Of a stretch of 64,000 nt of DNA, positions 34,771 through 47,056 are shown in pieces. Every line of letters begins with the position of its first letter. Position 1 is the stretch's first letter. Source of the DNA: Synechococcus sp. (GTDB lineage: Bacteria > Cyanobacteriota > Cyanobacteriia > PCC-6307 > Cyanobiaceae); contig JBJBDC010000001.1 in NCBI GenBank assembly GCA_047285535.1, forward strand, positions 1,600,136 through 1,664,135, given 5' to 3'. The notes under the pieces are model-generated. The model had not been told where the DNA came from and searched no databases. It was given only the letters and a program-made list of their open reading frames with translations. The translations under genes and the position numbers were made by a program.

Positions 34771-36721
34771 CTTCAGTCCTAACTCTTGAGTTGGGAGATG
34801 GTGTTTCTATTGAAGGAAATAGTTTGATAGCAACTTCAATCATGTCCAATACCGAACTCGCCCCTGATAAATTCAAAGATATTTAAGGTGGTTTATCGTG
34901 ACTTGTATTGGGCGCATGTAAGCCTGAAAAGAGCAAACAGTTCAGGGAGAGGATTCTGGTTTTTAACCGTAGGAGGCCAAGAAATAGTTGAATTAGCTGA
35001 AAACAGCTTAAAATTCAAAGCTCATGCACTCCAAGAATGTACTCAATATTCTTGTATTATAGGCGGCGGCTCAGTTTAAATCAATGAGAGCCGAGAAAAC
35101 TTAGTTTCCGAGAAGTCTCTTCGAGAATAATGCGCTGGCCTCGCTGCAAAAGCTATTTTCTGGGCAGCGATACATTATCAATTCCACTCAAATATTCTCT
35201 TTACTGCAGAGCAAAATGGCCCAGACGGTAAATCGGCTTGTAGTGACTCTGGATTGGTTGAAGAGAAACGGAGCAAGAGGAAGCAGCCGTTTTGCAAGTC
35301 AGAGAGGCAGGTAAAAGCTCATCTGTTCGAGTGTAAGGAGATGATGCCTGGAGCCGTAACAGGTCAATATCATCAGCGGGCATTGTTACCAACCTCATTT
35401 CTGAAGATCGCATGAATATTTGAATTAGCGATTGATTTTGTATCCATTGATACGAGCAATGATTTAATTGAGTGGCTATTACAGAGAAGTCAACATGCCC
35501 TGTCAACAATGACTGTCCCCTTAGTTGTTTCTAAGCCCCAATCCATTTATCGCCGCTATTGGGCCACTCAATCCAAGAAGAGTTTGTAGAGATCAATCCA
35601 GATTCCCAACGGTCATTCTGAATCCAGAATTCTATTGTAGGCCTTGCCGGCTCTACAAACTGCATTGCGGATCAGCTTATGAAGCTTCTGCTTGTTAGGC
35701 CAGATTGCATCATCCGATCGTTGTTCTACTATCCTCATATCATTCATTTTCCACCTTTAGCGAAGGAATGATACTCTTTATCTAAGACTGAACCTTGTCA
35801 ACAGAGTCAATCCACGCAAAGTTATATTTTTGTTGTGTAGACCTTAATGAGGCAAGACGTAAAAATAACTTTTGAATAGGTTCCTTCCGCCATCCCAGTG
35901 GCCACCAACTAAAACATTATGGTTCCATCTCTTAGTCTCAAGCATGCATTGAATCTGCATGATGCGCAGAACATTAATCTTGAGTCTAGCCTTACTACTC
36001 ATTGACACGGGAAAATTCGGCTTGGGATGGACGTCCATATCGTCGAGGCGATAATTAGAACTGGAGAGGAAACCCGCAATCCAAGTAAGGCCGAACAGAA
36101 TCAATTGAATAGGCTTCAAACATTAATTCAACGGCTGAGTATAAATGTTCATGGAGTATTAGGGCAACGCATCAATAGCTAGAGAGAGGTTGACTTTATC
36201 TAGCCATGAAATAGAGGCTCAAGGGCAATGTATCGATATGTCTACCATGTCTTTAGGTTATATCGCGATGAGTGTACTTTCACTGGGTTTGGTCAACCTC
36301 TAGCGTACGGTCAAAATCAAAAGTACCCCTTTAGAGTGTCTATATAATGCTCTTTTTCAATGGAGAATGCCAAATCAATAGCTTTTTTGGCTAGTCAGTT
36401 TGGTCGATCACCTAGCCACAATATCGTGTCAGCACAGTCCAAACAGAGCAATTAATTTGTGCTGTTGGCATATCATTATTCGATGCTACTTTTTAGGAGT
36501 GAGGGGAAATAGGTGCCCGAGAGATCATTCCCCTAGATGCAATTACGCAAGTGGAAAGTGATTTCATCTATAAAAACCACTCGCAGATCACATGTTAAGG
36601 ATTTTTTTGGATAATCGCAACTACTTTCTCCGTCAAACTGCATTCAATCTAACATTACCCACATACAAAATTTGACTTCTCTAGAGCGTAACTAGAGATC
36701 ACTTTGACTCGCTTCGACCAC

Positions 36722-36937
36722 CTAGTTTGCTGGTCCAAATTGAGAAAGTACCCACTCCCGCATCTTTTCCTTGGTCGCATCATCACCCCAGAGATCATTG
36801 GCATAGTGATTCCATATAAAGTCAAACTGCTCATTGACTTCCTTCTCGCTGCCGCAATTCCACTCGTCATAGAAATCATAATAAACAGGATGATCAATAA
36901 TGGTTGCATTAAAATCGGTTTTCGTTGTCATTTCCAC
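36722..36937 (-). CDS. Hypothetical acidic/aromatic protein
   Basis: 71-aa ATG ORF with protein-like composition. Confidence 0.45.
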   Translation of the reverse strand: MEMTTKTDFNATIIDHPVYYDFYDEWNCGSEKEVNEQFDFIWNHYANDLWGDDATKEKMREWVLSQFGPAN

Positions 36938-38875
36938 CCTTAATAGTGATGATACTCATCATAGCAAGTATGCAAAACAGCAGAAGTCAATCATGACAGA
37001 AGAATCATTCTTCTTTGACTTTGTCTTTTTATAAGTGACCTCGAAGCTTCTGAACAGTGGTTTCATGCTTCATCTCTTCCGATGGAGATGGATGTTATTG
37101 ATTTTTATCAAGGCAACAGTCATATCGCTTGAGAAGTTCAAACATTGGAACGTATTGTCTGTGGAGTAATTTCTGAGCAATTGAAACTTTCTTTTATCCA
37201 TGAGATACGCAATGACCTGGTTTTGCGATCTATTGTCAACTCTTTAGTGAAGGTCTTAACCTCTTTCGATTCGCTGTTGTCTTGATTGAGATTTAAATGT
37301 TGATGTGAGACGCCAGTTTCGCTTGATGCAAGAAAGAATTGCCAAAGGCATATCAAATCGACTGCTATGCTCGATTAGCTAGCGTTTTGGATTGCTTTCA
37401 CCGCTGTTAATGACCACTGATATATTCTTGATTTCAGCAATGTCTGAGCGATGTGCTAATTCTAGTGAATGATTAGGCTTCAATAGGGGGGGATTCTCAA
37501 GGTGTCTCCGTTCCGTTTATTATGCGTCATATGGTTCAGAGAAAGTGAAAGTAATTTTCGAGTAATACAGCTTCGATTCCTTTGTTAAGAAAGACAAAGC
37601 TTTATCCTGACAAATTTTCAAAATAATCAATTGTTAAGCATCACAGTCTCTCTGCCTGTTCTTTTTCCTTGAATAGTGTAAAGCCTTGAGCTCGATTCAC
37701 GGAGATTTCTAAGTCCTGACATGGGCCAATTGAATATGACCAAGATGCGCAGCTACCCCTCTTTGATCTCTATGAGCATTTTGCCACCATCGCCCTTGGG
37801 GGATACCAAGGATAGAAGCATTAACCCAGCCAGAGCCAAGAATTCATATGGACGTTAACTGGTTTGATAACTATTAAACTCATTCCTATTCGAAGCTTGT
37901 AAGCAAAAATCCGGATCATTTACTTTTTATTTTCACAAAAAACTGGCCGAGATTCTTCGTTGATGAAGGCTAGATTTGATGCGTTGTTTATTCATGCAGT
38001 AATTGTTTTCAGTCTCAACATTTTCAAGGGCTCATCTATGGTAAATGCCAGCCAGGCTTCCCCAATATCTCGTGATATATCGATGAGTGCAATGATATCT
38101 GCATCTGGGTAGAGTGGTGATTATTCACTCAATGTGTTGGCGCTGCCAGCTCACGCGTAAGTTGATTAGCAACCTTGATAATCACCATAGCTCGTTATTA
38201 ACTGCACATGATATCTTCTATATCCACACATTGGATGTTCTCACTTACAAGGATACTAGCCGGATTCAATCACTGATGTTTGAGCGCAAGACTTAAATTT
38301 CTAATGTGGTGAATGATCGAAAATGCCTCTTGTTTTTGACTAAAAGAATAGAATCATTGATCTCTGATGTATAGGTTTCATTGGTTCTCCTGATAGGGCA
38401 ATCCTGGCCTGGACGAAACTGGAAACAGATAACGTCTAGAAGTTTCGGTCTTTGCATAAAAGATGTCAAAGCCCCTCAACCCCTCGCGGGCTTCTCAATC
38501 GCGAGGGGTTGATCGGTTGTGGGACCGTTGACCCCGTCCAAGAGTCACCCGACTATCTTCCCGGCAAGCCTCGTCACCGTTCGTGAGAAAAGCTCTCAAT
38601 AGCTGTAATGAATGAACGTGCCTCATGAAAAAAGGCAATCCGTCTCGTCTTCATTGACTTGATCTCAAGCCGTAAGGGCATCTGAAAGCTGAAGCCGATG
38701 GCCATGGTTTGGCTCAAGCCATAAAAAAAGAAGGCGAGGAAGCCTTCTTTGGGGGTGTGAGGAGCCAAACCTTGTGAGGAGTTGGCTGTCTCTATCTTCA
38801 TGACGCTGTTCCGATCAGTCAAGTAACTGATCCGCTGAGACTTGCCAGGAGCCATTCATGAGCCATGATTAAGGG

Positions 38876-38961
38876 GTGAGGAGGGCTTCTTCTCGGAGTG
38901 GAAACAAGGCAACACGCCCAAAGAGAAGCCGAGAAACCCTGCCTTTGGCGGGGTTTTCTTT
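38876..38961 (+). ncRNA. Yfr2-family (Cyano-1) sRNA
   Basis: 5' GTGAGGAG, stem GGCTTCT..AGAAGCC with loop GGAAACA-A-GGCAACA, then terminator GAAACCCTGCC/GGCGGGGTTTTC plus T tract. Confidence 0.78.
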
Positions 38962-39255
38962 TGGTTAGTCAATCCCGGTGTCTCGAGACAACAGCCAGAC
39001 CGATAGCGACTCGCTTGGCTGAGAAGCTTGTTTTTTCAACTCAATAACTTTGCAGTATTTTCATTCTTTGGTTGGATTGAAAACAGCTGCGCTGGCCTTT
39101 CTCCTTGGGTGCCTAGTGTACAAATGCATCAATTCGAATTTGCATTTGCAGTGATGTGATTACGGTGAGTTTTCAGGCAGCTTCTCCTAAAAGCAGCTTA
39201 TCGACCTAATCTTAATAAAATTTACATCTTAATCATCCAGTGCACGAAATCATTG

Positions 39256-39840
39256 CTAAGGAAGTAATGGTGAGGGATCAATCGCGACGATTTGCCCTTC
39301 TCTCATTCGACGAAGCTCAAAATGCAAGTGTGCTGTACTTGTGCTTCCACTCTTCCCTACACGGCCTATAGGATAAGCCTTGGTAACTAATTGCCCTAAT
39401 CTGACTTGTGAACTAAGCAAATGTGCATAGAGAGTTTGCCAACCATTCCCGTGGTCTAGCAATACTGTTAAGCCATATCCATTAATGGGTTGCACCATTG
39501 ATACCTTTCCTGCAAGTGCGGCGAGCACAGGAGTTCCTGTTGGCGCGATAAGATCGTAACCAGCATGAATTCGCCATTTATTGTTTTGTTCTGAGAAGCG
39601 CCAGCCGAATGGGCTCACTTCTCGGGCAATGTAAGGGAGTGGATACTTGAGCTGAATTGCTTCTCCGGTCTGCAAAGGCCACATCCGTTTAGGCAAGGGG
39701 TTGGTAGCGGGTGCTAAAAGCGCAACATTAGATACCTGTACAAATTTTGGATTGACGGTGGGCCGCTGTGGCCTTGCAGTGCCATAGGGGCAGCAAACCA
39801 TGGCGAGCAGGAATAGCGCTGGTAATTTCCGATGCATCAC
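39256..39840 (-). CDS. M23 family metallopeptidase
   Basis: SPFGWR, HAGYD (HxxxD), YAHL and HLHFE motifs; signal peptide. Confidence 0.93.
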   Translation of the reverse strand: MMHRKLPALFLLAMVCCPYGTARPQRPTVNPKFVQVSNVALLAPATNPLPKRMWPLQTGEAIQLKYPLPYIAREVSPFGWRFSEQNNKWRIHAGYDLIAPTGTPVLAALAGKVSMVQPINGYGLTVLLDHGNGWQTLYAHLLSSQVRLGQLVTKAYPIGRVGKSGSTSTAHLHFELRRMREGQIVAIDPSPLLP

Positions 39841-41072
39841 AACCGTGCAACGAAGTATTTATAACCTGTTGATGATGCAATGCAAGGTCGATGATTTTGA
39901 GTTGAGTTCGCTACAGAGATTTACTCTTTGAAGTGCATGAATGATTCTCTTGATTGGATCGGTTAAACTTGGATTGATAAGCCCTAGGGGTCATTATGAT
40001 CTTAGGTTTATCAAAGAAGAGTCTGGATGTACATGGCACTATCTAGGATCCGTGCAGATAGTCTTGCGTCTAGGACAAGTAGTCGTTAGAAGTTGATTGG
40101 ATGGCAGAAGTTGCACAAACCCTTGAATCCTGAAGACCAGATGATTGATATGACAGCGATTATTGAAGCTCACCCACTCTTCGACGAAGAAGATCTGCAT
40201 GGAGAGTGCAAAAGGCTTGAATATTACAAATAATCTAGCAAACTTGTTTGGAATGCAATGAAAGACCATGTTCAGAAGATGAACATTAGACCAGAAGAAT
40301 AGGCAAGTAGAAACAAATGGATTTACGGAAAAGAGAAGCCTCAGAGAGTAATTTTCGGAAAACTTTATGGGCCTCATGACCACGATAAATAGAATATCAG
40401 CAATTGTTAAAGTCAGCACACCTGTGCCTTGGGCATGATTAAATCGTACAGTGAAAAAGTGTTGAGGATTTGCTCATAGTCTCCTCTTGTGCTTCTGCAA
40501 GGCCTTGCCGACTAGGCTTCTGACTGCCTTAATGAGGCGATAAGCGTGGTGGTGATCTCGTTTGCAATAGTAGAAGCTCAACCTTTGGCGACGTCAGCTG
40601 TTGGTTTAGATTCGTCCTCGATAGTTGGCTGATGACCTTTTTGATTTTGATTCTAAATAGATAGATTTTGTCCAAAATCAGTATCCTTTAATTCATTGGG
40701 AGAGAGCTCATGGCTCTGAGAATCCTTACACCTCCAGTGGGTCAAAAACATCTAAAAGCTCGAACTTATGAAAGAGAACAAAACCAATTGATAATTGAGA
40801 GGTCACGCTATAATTCCGCAATGGAGAATCATTGTGCGCCTAGTGTTCCGCCTAAGTATTTCATAAATTTTGCGCTTCCTTTCAACACTAAACAATACTG
40901 GAGAGACTACCTATTGCCATAGTCTATTCTTAGCAGATTTTCTCAATCGACTATCAATGTCAAGGTTGACTTGAATTTTTCTGCGTCAGTCCATCGCATT
41001 ATATTCAGCATGATCGCTTAAGACCGAATAAACCATTTATTAGTAATGATATAATTGGTTCATTTCATGCAA

Positions 41073-41369
41073 CTAGAGGTTGAATTCTAATTGTGATGGT
41101 AGCTCTTCCATTGCCATTGCCTTGGCAAGATTAGATCTTACTCCTTTAAAGTAAGACTCAATGGCCCAGTCCATAGCTTCACCATTCCTTGCATAAGGGT
41201 TCTTCACTGTAAACTCCTCCCTCAGTCGTAAAATTTCATCGTATTGATTTTGAGCTTCTTCTGGGCTAACAGGGGCTTCAAAGGGGCTTTGAGAAGTCAT
41301 TTGATAGGGCTCGTTTAGTGTATGAATCAAGCATTGCCTAGTTCTCTCTGGTTTAAATGAGTAATCCAT
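41073..41369 (-). CDS. Hypothetical protein (likely start MTSQSPF at about 41300)
   Basis: Helical, protein-like ORF. Confidence 0.5.
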   Translation of the reverse strand: MDYSFKPERTRQCLIHTLNEPYQMTSQSPFEAPVSPEEAQNQYDEILRLREEFTVKNPYARNGEAMDWAIESYFKGVRSNLAKAMAMEELPSQLEFNL

Positions 41370-42307
41370 GAGTCTCCTACATGACTTCCTTTAGACGCCG
41401 TTAATTACGTTTTAAAATCATGCTAGATGCTTTGTCAGAAGCAGAGTGCAGAACGAATCTCGGTGACATTGAAGCGCAATAACGGGAGGATTTCATAGAG
41501 AGAAAACTACAAAAATCACCGGATCCGGAAAAATCGGACGCAACATTGAAAGAGACTCTACCCGCATCTATCTGGCTCATGCCTTAAAAAATCAAGCAAA
41601 AAGATTTCTCGTGGATGATTGAGTGATTTTTAAGATGTGATATGGTTTCAGTTACAAGAAGGTAATTTTTGACACGCTATTTATTGTTCTTTGACCCACT
41701 CTTCTCGTTCGGTTAGTCATATTTTAAACTTTACCTCCAACCTTTTTCTTTCATGGGTTAGTGCTGAGCATTTGCGATGCTGTCCCTTATGATGTCCACA
41801 TGCAGTGGATCACAGCCCTTGATTGAGCTGCTTGAGCTCCAGCGACCTGGATGAACCTCGGTCGAATTTATTTACAGAGATATTGATACTTTTTGCTGTC
41901 GCTGCACCAGTCTTGCTTGCCTCCTGCTACGACTCATACTTGCGGAACGAACACAGGCGATAAGATCAGGCTGGATTGTATCGAGATCCCCGAATAGCTA
42001 AACCGTAATTCCTTTTAAGGATTTATTGTATTGCTTCGTGATTGGTTTCCATAGTAGCCAATCACGCCAGAGTAGCTTCATGAAAAGCTAGCTTTTCAAA
42101 TGCAAACCATTCCTGTACACCGAGCAATAATTGAAAAATTAATATCGCTTTATTCCTCATGCTTCTCAGGCCAAACTGCTCAAGCTAGATACTTCTCTCA
42201 GTCAAGATCATTGCGTAAGGACAATCGAATGCCGACTGCGCTAATCAGATATCAAAAGCCAATTGACTCGATGCTGCTTAGGATTGGATAGTTATTGATG
42301 GCATAAA

Positions 42308-43081
42308 ATGATAGCTTTTGCGAGTGAACGTGTTGCACTAGTTACTGGAGCTAGTAGCGGAATCGGCAAAGCAACAGCTATCGCTTTCTCGAGAAAAGGA
42401 ATCAATGTTGTATTGGCTGCACGTAGGCAAGAGGAGATCACAGCACTAGCCAATGATCTTCAAGCGCTTGGAGGCAAGGCAACAACTATCAAAACGGATA
42501 TTTCTAACGAAAACGATGTCGAGCGCATGGTTGATCATGCGATTAAGACATACGGACGGCTGGATTTTGCGGTGAATAATGCAGGCATTGAAGGTCATTT
42601 TACGAGAATCGTTGATCTTGATGAGGACGATTGGGATCAAGTTCTTTCCACGAACCTTAAAGGTACATTTCTCTGTCTCAAGCACGAAGCCAGAGCAATG
42701 CTGAACCTAGGACGTGGAGGATCCCTTGTTAATGTTGGATCATTTAATTCCTTTCTAGGCTTCGCCACCGGTTCCGCCTATGTGGCATCAAAACATGGCT
42801 TGGTTGGTCTGACGTCTAGTGTTTCGGCGGAATTAGCACCTCAAGGAATCAGAGTCAATTTAGTCTGTCCTGGAATTGTCAACACCCCGATGCACCAGCG
42901 AGCACGTGACCTTCTTGGGGATGAGTTATATAACAATGCACTTTCGCAAAGCGTTCATCTTCGGCGAGCGGGTCAACCAGAAGAGATCGCTCAAACCATT
43001 CTTTTTCTCTGCTCCAACGAAGCCAGTTATATCACTGGCTCTACAATCACTCCCGATGGAGGATTCACATTAACGACATAA
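42308..43081 (+). CDS. Short-chain dehydrogenase/reductase (SDR)
   Basis: TGASSGIG, NNAG, YVASK, IRVN.VCPG, DGG. Confidence 0.95.
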   Translation: MIAFASERVALVTGASSGIGKATAIAFSRKGINVVLAARRQEEITALANDLQALGGKATTIKTDISNENDVERMVDHAIKTYGRLDFAVNNAGIEGHFTRIVDLDEDDWDQVLSTNLKGTFLCLKHEARAMLNLGRGGSLVNVGSFNSFLGFATGSAYVASKHGLVGLTSSVSAELAPQGIRVNLVCPGIVNTPMHQRARDLLGDELYNNALSQSVHLRRAGQPEEIAQTILFLCSNEASYITGSTITPDGGFTLTT

Positions 43082-43379
43082 ATTTGCTTTCACTGAACAA
43101 TCAATGTTGCGAGAAGTTGTGAATTAGGCTCTAGTCTGTGATCATTGAGACAGGTTTTAAGAACACGCGAAGCCAGTCTGTCAGCAGTTCATAAACAACA
43201 GGTCTCGAAGTTGTATTAGTGAAAATTGAGTCGATGTTTTGATCACGGCGATCCTAGGATCTAATCCCTTCAACAGGCACTGATCGTCAACCGAAGCGAG
43301 GACATAGATGGCAAACCAATTGGAATAGCCTTTACGTTGATGGATGTGTTGCAATGGAGATGTCATTGTCCTCTCCCCT

Positions 43380-43745
43380 ATGACTTCCTTACAGCGTTTG
43401 TTTCGTGAATTCACCGACTTCTTCTTCATGAAGGGAAACGCTTTGAATTTGGCGATTGCCGTTGTGGTAGGGACGCAGTTTCAACAAATCGTGGATGCTT
43501 TGACTAAGGATTTACTTATGCCGCTCATTAATCCATTTATTCAAAATGGTGGATGGCAGAAGTGGGTTATTCCTTATGGCGGGGGAAATCTGCTTATTGG
43601 TGATGCTTTGAATGTTCTACTTAACTCCTTGATAGTAGGTTGGGTTCTCTTTTTAATCGTAAAAACGATCAACCGATCTCAAAGAATTGCTTCTAGCGGG
43701 ATTGATCGTGTTCGTGGTCATAAGCCTGCGGAGGGTGACGCCTAG
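43380..43745 (+). CDS. mscL: Large-conductance mechanosensitive channel
   Basis: EF.DF..KGNAL.LAIAVVVG..F..IV..L..D..MP, second TM with FLIVK.IN. Confidence 0.88.
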   Translation: MTSLQRLFREFTDFFFMKGNALNLAIAVVVGTQFQQIVDALTKDLLMPLINPFIQNGGWQKWVIPYGGGNLLIGDALNVLLNSLIVGWVLFLIVKTINRSQRIASSGIDRVRGHKPAEGDA

Positions 43746-43976
43746 TCAGCCCTTGCTACGGGCAAGTTGTCTTGTGATTCTCTGGCTATCGTCTACGGCG
43801 GAGGAGTAATACCAAACCGATTTCGAGTGAATCGTGTTGCAATTAGCGGAGGGAATGGAAGAGTTTGGAGGATGGGCATTCGCTGCTTTGCGAATGCCCC
43901 TAACCAATTTCCAGTGCAAACCCTGGCGGGGTCGAGCAAACCATAGAGGACTGATGACTCGATGCGCATCCGCCCC

Positions 43977-44249
43977 CTAATCCCTCGGGACGATATGAGT
44001 CACCAGGTCTGCATTAATCCAACGGATCACGCCACTATCTAGATCGGCAACTTGAAACAGCGTTGGAACCTTGGGGTTTCTTGCACCTCCATCAACGTGG
44101 ATCACATCAGCCATCCACCATTGGTCGTCCATGAATGGCTGGCCCACGGCTGGGAGGTGCTGGACGATCACTGTCATTCCTGCCTTTACAGACAGGAACA
44201 GCGGATCGCTTGGTTTGATCGGGATTGCTGCGGAACGGTCAATGGACAA
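43977..44249 (-). CDS. DUF3104 family protein
   Basis: FL.VKAGMTVIV, WWMADVI..GGAR.P..PTLFQVAD.DSG.IRWINAD. Confidence 0.85.
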   Translation of the reverse strand: MSIDRSAAIPIKPSDPLFLSVKAGMTVIVQHLPAVGQPFMDDQWWMADVIHVDGGARNPKVPTLFQVADLDSGVIRWINADLVTHIVPRD

Positions 44250-44300
44250 CGTTTTGACTCCCAGAACATCTGTATTAGCAGAGGTGTGCTGTGTTGTGGG

Positions 44301-44537
44301 TCACCAACCCAGGTCTCGTGAGCTTTTAACTCCTGGCAAGAGGATGGAGCGTTCTCGACGCACGGTTGCGGGTGAGACTCCAAGGTCAGTCGCAATTTTG
44401 GTGATCAGTCCCCGTGGCCAAAGATCAGGATGCTGTTCAGCGGCTTCATAGATGGCCTCATCCAAATCAATTTTGGCGAGGCGCTCACGGCGGATGTGCT
44501 CAGCGGTGATGTCGTGGTGAAGAGTTGCTGTGGTCAT
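44301..44537 (-). CDS. 78-aa putative HTH protein, copy 2
   Basis: One residue differs from 32443..32679. Confidence 0.65.
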   Translation of the reverse strand: MTTATLHHDITAEHIRRERLAKIDLDEAIYEAAEQHPDLWPRGLITKIATDLGVSPATVRRERSILLPGVKSSRDLGW

Positions 44538-45144
44538 GAATGTCACCGAGTGGGACCTCTTTGGTTTATGCCCGCCGGATGCGGTTTGGAAGATGGGACA
44601 GCCGGCCTGAGAGGTTCGGTTTTGGGACCTTGCTTGTTGAGTCTAAGGTGAAAACAATCTGCCCCCATTTCTCCTAAGGACACAACCAGCGTCAGGCCCA
44701 GAAATCGTTATTTGTAGGCCTGTCTCCTTAAAAAGTGGGAGCTTTCAAAATCATCTTTCACCTGAATAGGAGATGCTGCAAACAAGACTTGCAATGATGG
44801 TCAGGAGGTCCGCGTTACAACCTCTAAGAACAAATGTCATGACTAGCAGACAGTTCTCAATGGAACCTGCCATAGCTGTCACCGACTGTTCACCGCATGG
44901 CGAGAAGGTTGGGATGGTGCTTCCGTGGACGCAACTCACAAGCCGTGATCTCTCACGATGTCATCCATCACCGATCCACTAACAGGTATCGAGGGACTGG
45001 TAAGGCTTTGGCGATGACATGCTGTCCCATGGCATGCGTGAGCCGAGTGAGCATCTATCTAACACCAGCATTAATCATCACGGCAATCTTAAAGGCATAT
45101 CCTGTTCCAACATTTCTACTGAACTTTCATCCATTCCCACAAGA

Positions 45145-46110
45145 CTAATCAGAATGTGATCTCATGATTTCATCATCTTTAAAGACAGCAGCAGCTTGTC
45201 GTTGTCTATTCACTTGAAGATTAAAAATATCTGGGCGATTATAATGACCAGCTATATCGAGGCTTCGGCGAGAGTTACGCACCTCAGCAAGGTCAATATC
45301 AGCATAGAGAATGCCAACCTCCGAATCTAAAGGGCCAGCAATGATGCTTCCACTAGGGGCAATGATTGAGCTTTTGCCTGGATTGATCTGCTCATCACTA
45401 GCAAAGATCTCCTTGCAGCCTGGGAAATCGGCAGGAACATCAGAACCACGCATAGAGGTGCAACAATTCACGACATAGCAACGGCCTTCGCGAGCAATAT
45501 GTTGCATACTTCCCTGCCAGCCATCACTACTATCCCAGGTAGGCGCAATATAGATTTCAACACCCTGTGAGTAAAGTGCCATTCGAGCAAGCGGCATGTA
45601 ATTCTCCCAACAAATCAGTGCACCAACTCGTCCCACAGGTGTTTCAACAACGCGTAGGCCTTGACCATCGCCAAACCCCCAAACCATTCTTTCTGGGTTC
45701 GTAGGCATTAATTTGCGGTGAACATTCGCATAATTACCATCAATATCTATATGGACATAGGTGTTAAAAAGAGATGTACGACTCTGGGAATTGTCGATCT
45801 CATGGATGCCAATCAGAATGTCAATCTGCTTATGCTTTGCGATGGAGCGCAGAGGCTCTAAATGTGATCCATCGAGATTAACCGCATTCTCAAGCATCAA
45901 TGCATGAATCTCTGAAGATAGGCCCATATCTCCACCAGGCCTCAAGCGCCATATATAGGTTGGATATCCGGGGATAAAAGCCTCAGGCAAGACAACTAAT
46001 TTCGCTCCCTCATGAGTAGCAGCATCAATCAGAGAAACTGCTTTTTCAAGCGTTGCAAGACGATTTCCCAGTACAGGCGGATATTGAATCACCGCAACTT
46101 TTGAAATCAT
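45145..46110 (-). CDS. Nitrilase (carbon-nitrogen hydrolase, nitrilase branch)
   Basis: Catalytic triad in LPEAF, HRKLMPT and ICWENYMP; D.AGHY.RPD.F.L C-terminal motif. Confidence 0.93.
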   Translation of the reverse strand: MISKVAVIQYPPVLGNRLATLEKAVSLIDAATHEGAKLVVLPEAFIPGYPTYIWRLRPGGDMGLSSEIHALMLENAVNLDGSHLEPLRSIAKHKQIDILIGIHEIDNSQSRTSLFNTYVHIDIDGNYANVHRKLMPTNPERMVWGFGDGQGLRVVETPVGRVGALICWENYMPLARMALYSQGVEIYIAPTWDSSDGWQGSMQHIAREGRCYVVNCCTSMRGSDVPADFPGCKEIFASDEQINPGKSSIIAPSGSIIAGPLDSEVGILYADIDLAEVRNSRRSLDIAGHYNRPDIFNLQVNRQRQAAAVFKDDEIMRSHSD

Positions 46111-46836
46111 TTGCAGCCTGCCATTCAACATCTATGCAAACTGAAGGGTGATCAAAAACTCTGCATGAAGCTAAGGCTAGATTCTAATGAGAGGTTGTCG
46201 TTTTTTTGATGAGGCCTAACTGAGTTTGGACGAGCCTAATCCATCGCCATAGCCATCCAAAAGCAGAACAGTTTGCCAAGAAAGCAAAGCAAAACCGAAA
46301 AATATCAAACGAACGATTGAACTACATCCACATCAATGCTCCCAGAAGGAATGAATATGAGCAACGAGGATGCTGAACCTAGCCTGATCACTGGAGATTA
46401 TATCAATTACTTCTTAAACGCATAGAAAGGGGTGTCAGCACTGAAAACGCTATTGATCAAATGATGACATAACACCTGGCTACTTTTCGACACAGACAGG
46501 TGATCGCAACTTCAAACAATGCTCGCGATTAATGATTGCAAGAGTGGTGACAATGTCAAGCAAAGGCATGATTTTTGCTCTCTACAATATTGACTACGAA
46601 CAAGATTTGCTCGCCAATAGCATTCGCAGGCTAGACAAGGCGCAGAGCGATAAATTCGAGGCTCCTTATGCCCATTTATCATGGTGTAGCTCTAGCTTGG
46701 TATCAATAAACGGAGACGATATGGCTCCATTCATTCAAAGTGATCCAAAGACAGCTTCAGCTTTTCTGACAGTTCATCAGGCACTAAAAAACCCCGCTGA
46801 TGGCGGGGTTAGCGTTACAACCAAACCAGCTGAAGA

Positions 46837-46983
46837 TTAGTCAGACGATGAAGCAAGCTTGGCTGGTGACTGATGCGCAGAGGTGTAATCGATGCCCTCG
46901 GAATGGGCAGCGAAACTGAGCTGAGCATCAAGCAGGCGTTGTGCCTTCAGCTCTTTTTCTTTGATCAGGAGGAGGGTGTTCAT
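46837..46983 (-). CDS. 48-aa DUF4278-like peptide, copy 2
   Basis: Same peptide as 20041..20187. Confidence 0.8.
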   Translation of the reverse strand: MNTLLLIKEKELKAQRLLDAQLSFAAHSEGIDYTSAHQSPAKLASSSD

Positions 46984-47001
46984 GGGAACGACCGACAGCG
47001 C

Positions 47002-47056
47002 CTCAAACCCCGTTGCTTGTTTGAGATCGAACTGCGTCCCTTTTAAGGGACCAACG
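47002..47056 (-). promoter_or_regulatory. Glutamine-II (Downstream-peptide) riboswitch, copy 2
   Basis: Reverse complement identical to 19968..20022. Confidence 0.85.
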
